Shown: in pieces, positions 60,245 through 64,000 of the stretch
Layout: each line of letters begins with the position of its first letter
Position numbering within the stretch: the first letter of the stretch is position 1
Source: Nitrosopumilus sp.
GTDB taxonomy: Archaea > Thermoproteota > Nitrososphaeria > Nitrososphaerales > Nitrosopumilaceae
Reading direction: 5' to 3'
NCBI GenBank assembly: GCA_965218695.1
Contig: OZ244651.1
Location: forward strand, 704,001 to 768,000
DNA length: 64,000 bases
Notes under the pieces: model-generated
What the model was told of the DNA's origin: nothing
Database searches by the model: none
The model's input: only the letters and a program-made list of their open reading frames with translations
Position numbers and translations under genes: made by a program

Positions 60245-60463
60245 TGTTCTTCCTCTCCATTTCCCTATATGAGGTCGTACTATGGAGCGCCATCGGCATG
60301 CGGCGGCAGGCGGATGGCATTTCCAAGGGATCTGGCACGCCGCGATGCAGAAAGCGCCTGTCATGGCGTCGTCTGTCCGCTCCCGATACCAGCATCATGC
60401 AAGGGACGGGCAACTTTTGGAATAATTCGCTTTGGGACCAAGCAGCAGACAGATTTCGTAACT

Positions 60464-60512
60464 GGTTAGGTTCACGACTGGATTTTGAGGTCAACAGACA
60501 GCGAACCTAACC
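60464..60512. repeat. 10-bp perfect inverted repeat with a 29-nt spacer at the element/host junction
   Basis: GGTTAGGTTC...GAACCTAACC. Confidence 0.7.
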
Positions 60513-60566
60513 TTTTACACAGATTTCTCCCTCAGACTTTATCTATTACCGGAACACCACACCATC

Positions 60567-60818
60567 ATGGAGAGTTGCGACCGGCGCGTCCGGGCATACA
60601 AGAACGGAAGGACCCTTGAGCAGTGCCGCGACATTGCCGAATCAATGAATCCCGGATTCAAGGCACAGATAGAGCAGAACGGCCGCGTCCTGTGGAGCGA
60701 GATACTTGCGCAGGCGGATCATGACGAGCTTGTCTACAAGTTTACGCTAAAGTTTCTCAGGCGCGACGGCTACGACATTGGCAACTACAAGACTCCCGAG
60801 GTAAAGCGGTTTGCCTAG
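60567..60818 (+). CDS. Host-type small hypothetical protein
   Basis: TTTATC 29 nt upstream; resembles conserved Nitrosopumilaceae proteins (from memory). Confidence 0.75.
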   Translation: MESCDRRVRAYKNGRTLEQCRDIAESMNPGFKAQIEQNGRVLWSEILAQADHDELVYKFTLKFLRRDGYDIGNYKTPEVKRFA

Positions 60819-61630
60819 TCGCATCTGCTGCTGCTGTTGCTCCTGCTCTGCTGCAGCCTTCTTGCCATGACGTATGGCGTGGCAAGCAGTATGGGGATTG
60901 ACACTGCTATGAAGAGCGTCTGCATCTGGGCCAGCGCAATGGAGAGCGCGATTCCGCTTGCAGTTCCCACAAAGACAGACAGGAACGTTCCGGCGCACGT
61001 GGGGCATGCGATGAAGAGTCCGGTCGCCGCGCCTACTGCGCCCATCCCCCTGCCCTTTTTGGATATCTGGTAGGCGTTTGCAGCGACTGCGGCGTTGAGC
61101 CCCACCAGATACGAGACTGTCACCTGCAGCACCAGGTTGACTGGAATGACCTGCAGCCCAACGTGCTCTGTGAGGTACAGTATTATCTTTGGCATGTATC
61201 CCGGGGCATCGCAGCACGGGGATACAAATCCGGATGGAATCTCAGCGCCGTAGTGGATTGCAAAGTTTACCTCCGGCTGGTACACGAGCGTTCCTGACGC
61301 AAGCGAGAAGAATATCCCATAGCATACAAACGTGGCGACAAAGATTTTGCGTGATCTGTGATTCCATGTAATCCGGGCAATGACTGAAGAGAGGTCCTGT
61401 CCCGTTCCGCCTGCCTTCCATGCGTGGTACCTGTACATGCCTACTGCAACTGCCCCAAGGGATGCGGCCAGTGCGACATAGAACCCGTATGCTATCCTCT
61501 GTATCGGCTCTATTGCCTCAGGCGTAAGGAGTTCCGAATCCTGGTACCTTCCATACAGCACAAACAGCACCATGATCGCCCCGAATCCCAAAAGTATCAT
61601 GGGCTTTCCTGTGCCCGGCGAGAGGTTCAT
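60815..61630 (-). CDS. Host-type multi-TM protein with CC and CPTC motifs
   Basis: About 6 TM helices; purine-rich BRE plus TTTAAT upstream. Confidence 0.85.
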   Translation of the reverse strand: MNLSPGTGKPMILLGFGAIMVLFVLYGRYQDSELLTPEAIEPIQRIAYGFYVALAASLGAVAVGMYRYHAWKAGGTGQDLSSVIARITWNHRSRKIFVATFVCYGIFFSLASGTLVYQPEVNFAIHYGAEIPSGFVSPCCDAPGYMPKIILYLTEHVGLQVIPVNLVLQVTVSYLVGLNAAVAANAYQISKKGRGMGAVGAATGLFIACPTCAGTFLSVFVGTASGIALSIALAQMQTLFIAVSIPILLATPYVMARRLQQSRSNSSSRCD

Positions 61631-61673
61631 GGTTTGTACACTGCTCCGGTCTGATTAAATCCTATCTTGCATG

Positions 61674-63011
61674 GGAACTGTAAAGTTACAGTGACCCACT
61701 CATGCCGGCACACGAACACGGATATGCGGATATCGTGTGTTCGGCCGCCCTTAAAAGCCGCGCCGGCCAACATAATACGTTAAACACACCGAATGCGTCT
61801 GGCAGTTCCACGACCGCCACGACGAGCTCAAAGAAACGTTTGAGAATTTCAGGCACGGCACCAACGAGGCCATCAGGCTCGGAATACTCCACAACATCAC
61901 GTCAACCAAAAAGTTCCAAGAACTCGCGTATCCTGGGATGAGGCGGAAAGGACACTATGCCACCCACACGCAGGAGGCAATCAAGACCGGAAAATCTCTG
62001 TTAAAAGCATGGCGTACCGCGCTCCGCAAGGCCGCAAGGAAGGCCAAGGACAAAAAGAAAGGCAACGCCAAGACAAGAAAATCCAACCCTGCCAAGAAGC
62101 CCAAAAAAACCACGCGGCCGTACGTCAGAAAAGACGTGCTCAAGATAAACAACCAGAACTACAAGATCATTGACGGTTCCATTGTTATTCCCGCGATGCT
62201 CGGAGACCATGTCCGAATCAGGCTCGCATCCTACGTGTCAGAGAAGATCCAAGGTGGAAAACTTGGCGGCATCACGCTTACCAAGGACAGGCTGATCGTG
62301 TCATATTCGGAGACAGTCGAACAAGCAGTCCCAGACGGATGGCTCGGAATGGACCTGAATTTGGACAACATCACCACGTATGACAGCCAATGCAACGTAA
62401 AAGTCATGGACATTGCCAAAGTCAGGCATATCAGGGAGAAATGCAGGGGTAAAGTCAGTCGTTTCAAGCGGAATGACCACCGTGTAAGGAAGAAGATTGC
62501 CTCAAAGTACGGCAAGAAAGAAAAAGACAGGACCACGCCCATCATGCACGCGGCGGCAGGCGAGATCGTCTCGCGGAACCGGGGAATCGTCATGGAAGAC
62601 CTGACGGACATGAAAGGCAAGTGGAAGAAGGGTTGCGGGACGTCAAAAAAGACCAGAACCAAACTGAACAGTTGGGGATATCATATTTTGCAATTCATGG
62701 TTGAATACAAGGCTAGAAGGCTCGGCCTTCCGACCAAGAAAATATCGGCGGCAGGCACGTCATCAAGGTGCGCGGAATGTGGAGGTAAGATGAACCCCGA
62801 AGCGCACCGCATGGTAACGTGCACACGCTGCCACGTGTCCATAGACAGGGACAAGAATGCAGGTAAAAACATACTTGCACGTGGGCTGTGGTTCGGCCCA
62901 GTCGGGTCCGCAGATGAAGCGATGGTGAGGGCTAGATCCGGGAAGCCGGATTCGAATACTTCAGTCGATGCGGATCAGTCAAGTCGCGGGTCACCGTAAC
63001 TTTACAGAACC
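61674..63011 (+). mobile_element. Non-autonomous TIR element carrying only tnpB
   Basis: TIRs GGAACTGTAAAGTTACAGTGACCC and GGTTCTGTAAAGTTACGGTGACCC (21/24); 8-bp TSD CTTGCATG at 61666-73 and 63012-19. Confidence 0.85.
61776..62999 (+). CDS. tnpB: TnpB RNA-guided endonuclease (start codon unclear; first ATG at 61938)
   Basis: GMDLN, VMEDL, TSSRCAECG...CTRC and DRDKNAGKNI motifs. The frame is open and TnpB-like from 61776. Confidence 0.92.
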   Translation, partial: YVKHTECVWQFHDRHDELKETFENFRHGTNEAIRLGILHNITSTKKFQELAYPGMRRKGHYATHTQEAIKTGKSLLKAWRTALRKAARKAKDKKKGNAKTRKSNPAKKPKKTTRPYVRKDVLKINNQNYKIIDGSIVIPAMLGDHVRIRLASYVSEKIQGGKLGGITLTKDRLIVSYSETVEQAVPDGWLGMDLNLDNITTYDSQCNVKVMDIAKVRHIREKCRGKVSRFKRNDHRVRKKIASKYGKKEKDRTTPIMHAAAGEIVSRNRGIVMEDLTDMKGKWKKGCGTSKKTRTKLNSWGYHILQFMVEYKARRLGLPTKKISAAGTSSRCAECGGKMNPEAHRMVTCTRCHVSIDRDKNAGKNILARGLWFGPVGSADEAMVRARSGKPDSNTSVDADQSSRGSP

Positions 63012-63030
63012 CTTGCATGACTCCTCAGCT
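62880..63030 (+). ncRNA. Predicted omega/reRNA scaffold plus flank-derived guide (bounds approximate)
   Basis: Position only: between RuvC-III coding sequence and the element's right end. Structure not verified. Confidence 0.4.
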
Positions 63031-64000
63031 CAGCCGCGGGACAAAGATGTAGATGATTGCAATGATCTCCAGCCTCCCAAAGATCATCAGGAATCCCAGG
63101 TATATCTTGGTTGCCGGATCCGTCTCCGAGTCGATGACTCCTGCCGAGAGTCCGCCCGTGGTGATGACCCCCACTGCCTCAAGGAACGCGTCCTGGTACG
63201 GCACGTCCCCTATGGCTGCAAGGTGTGCCCCCGTGACTGCCGAGATTATCAGAAAGAGCCCCAGTATGATGCTGCTGGATATGATCTCCTTTCTTGTCTG
63301 GTCATCAAGGCTGCTCCATCCGGATTTCGTAAGCACCCTGACTGCATCCCTAAAATGAAAGAGCCTGAATATCTTCAGTCCCCCGGCAGTGGAGAACCCG
63401 CAGCCTCCTATAATCATGAGGGTGACAAGTATCGACTGCGCCGACCCCCCCAGTCCTGCAAGGCTCTCCAACTGCAGGCCTGCAGTGGTGCTTGCAGATA
63501 CTGTTAGAAACGCGCCGTTCAGCGGGTCGGTGCCGGAGATGGCTATGAACAGGAGCAGTGCGCCGCACAGTATTGCAAAGTACGTCAGGACCTCCTTGCC
63601 AAGTTTTGGGGCAAGGAACTTTTTTCTTACAAATGCATAGTGGAATGTAAACGGCAGTGCGCCCAGGATCATCGCACCCATCAGCACCACGTACTCCTGC
63701 CACAGCAGGCCGTCAAGGATCGTCGATGACGGGACAAACCCCCCGGTGGCAAGCGTGCTCATTGCCAGCGAAAAGTAGTCAAGAAGGTCTCCCCTGCCAA
63801 GTACAAACAGCAAAAGTGCCACTATCACTATGTAAAGGGCAAAGATGACCGTGATGGTAAGGAAGAGCTCCTTCATGTGAAGCGTCTTTCCGGATATGAA
63901 CCCGCGCATGGACTGCAGCTTGGACTCGGGATAAAACGCAGTGATTACCAGGTATATGAAACTCATGCCCCCGACTAGCTGCGTGTAACTTCGATAGAAG
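63025..64000 (-). CDS. trkH: TrkH potassium uptake membrane protein (5'-partial)
   Basis: TLATGGF, STTAG, GGCGFSTAGGLK, ITTGG and GRLEI pore-loop motifs. Confidence 0.93.
   Translation of the reverse strand, partial: FYRSYTQLVGGMSFIYLVITAFYPESKLQSMRGFISGKTLHMKELFLTITVIFALYIVIVALLLFVLGRGDLLDYFSLAMSTLATGGFVPSSTILDGLLWQEYVVLMGAMILGALPFTFHYAFVRKKFLAPKLGKEVLTYFAILCGALLLFIAISGTDPLNGAFLTVSASTTAGLQLESLAGLGGSAQSILVTLMIIGGCGFSTAGGLKIFRLFHFRDAVRVLTKSGWSSLDDQTRKEIISSSIILGLFLIISAVTGAHLAAIGDVPYQDAFLEAVGVITTGGLSAGVIDSETDPATKIYLGFLMIFGRLEIIAIIYIFVPRLS

Larger units (their letters stand above)
1..60512. mobile_element. Putative integrative conjugative element (degenerate; left end outside window, right end approximate)
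   Basis: Clustering of VirB4, VirB6, PrgI, TadA/TadC/pilins/peptidase, ArdC, TFB and a terminal tyrosine integrase. Host-like genes resume at 60567. No att repeat or tRNA is visible. Confidence 0.75.

Noticed and set aside
60245-60566. tRNA integration target beside the integrase
   Set aside because: No T-loop (GTTCRA) or cloverleaf recognisable.

Overview
Archaeal DNA, most likely a GC-rich Nitrosopumilaceae (thaumarchaeote), judged from an SlaA-type S-layer gene, a TFB, TrkH and TATA boxes about 26-29 nt before start codons. About 1-60.5 kb looks like a decaying integrative conjugative element (ICE). It combines T4SS-type genes (VirB4, VirB6/TrbL, PrgI/VirB3, a small 2-TM protein) with type IV/Tad pilus genes (TadA/VirB11 ATPase, TadC, three pilin-like proteins, prepilin peptidase). 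It also carries giant secreted proteins, ArdC, a divergent TFB, defence-like genes, a P-II protein, a 5'-truncated S-layer gene and a tyrosine integrase near the right edge. Host-like genes follow from 60.5 kb. Twelve insertion elements with mappable ends take up about 16 kb, and removing them in silico restores virB4, slaA, a 1001-aa secreted protein, most of a DUF4238 gene and the prgI promoter. Two signals stand out. (1) At least 13 transfer, pilus and associated genes share an unusual C-rich box abutting the TATA box at fixed spacing, and the element encodes a TFB whose BRE-reading helix is rewritten, suggesting a sigma-factor-like private regulon. (2) A solo TnpB sits in an element with 24-bp terminal inverted repeats and an 8-bp target duplication, unlike IS200/IS605/IS607. 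All family calls come from motif recognition by eye; no database searches were run.
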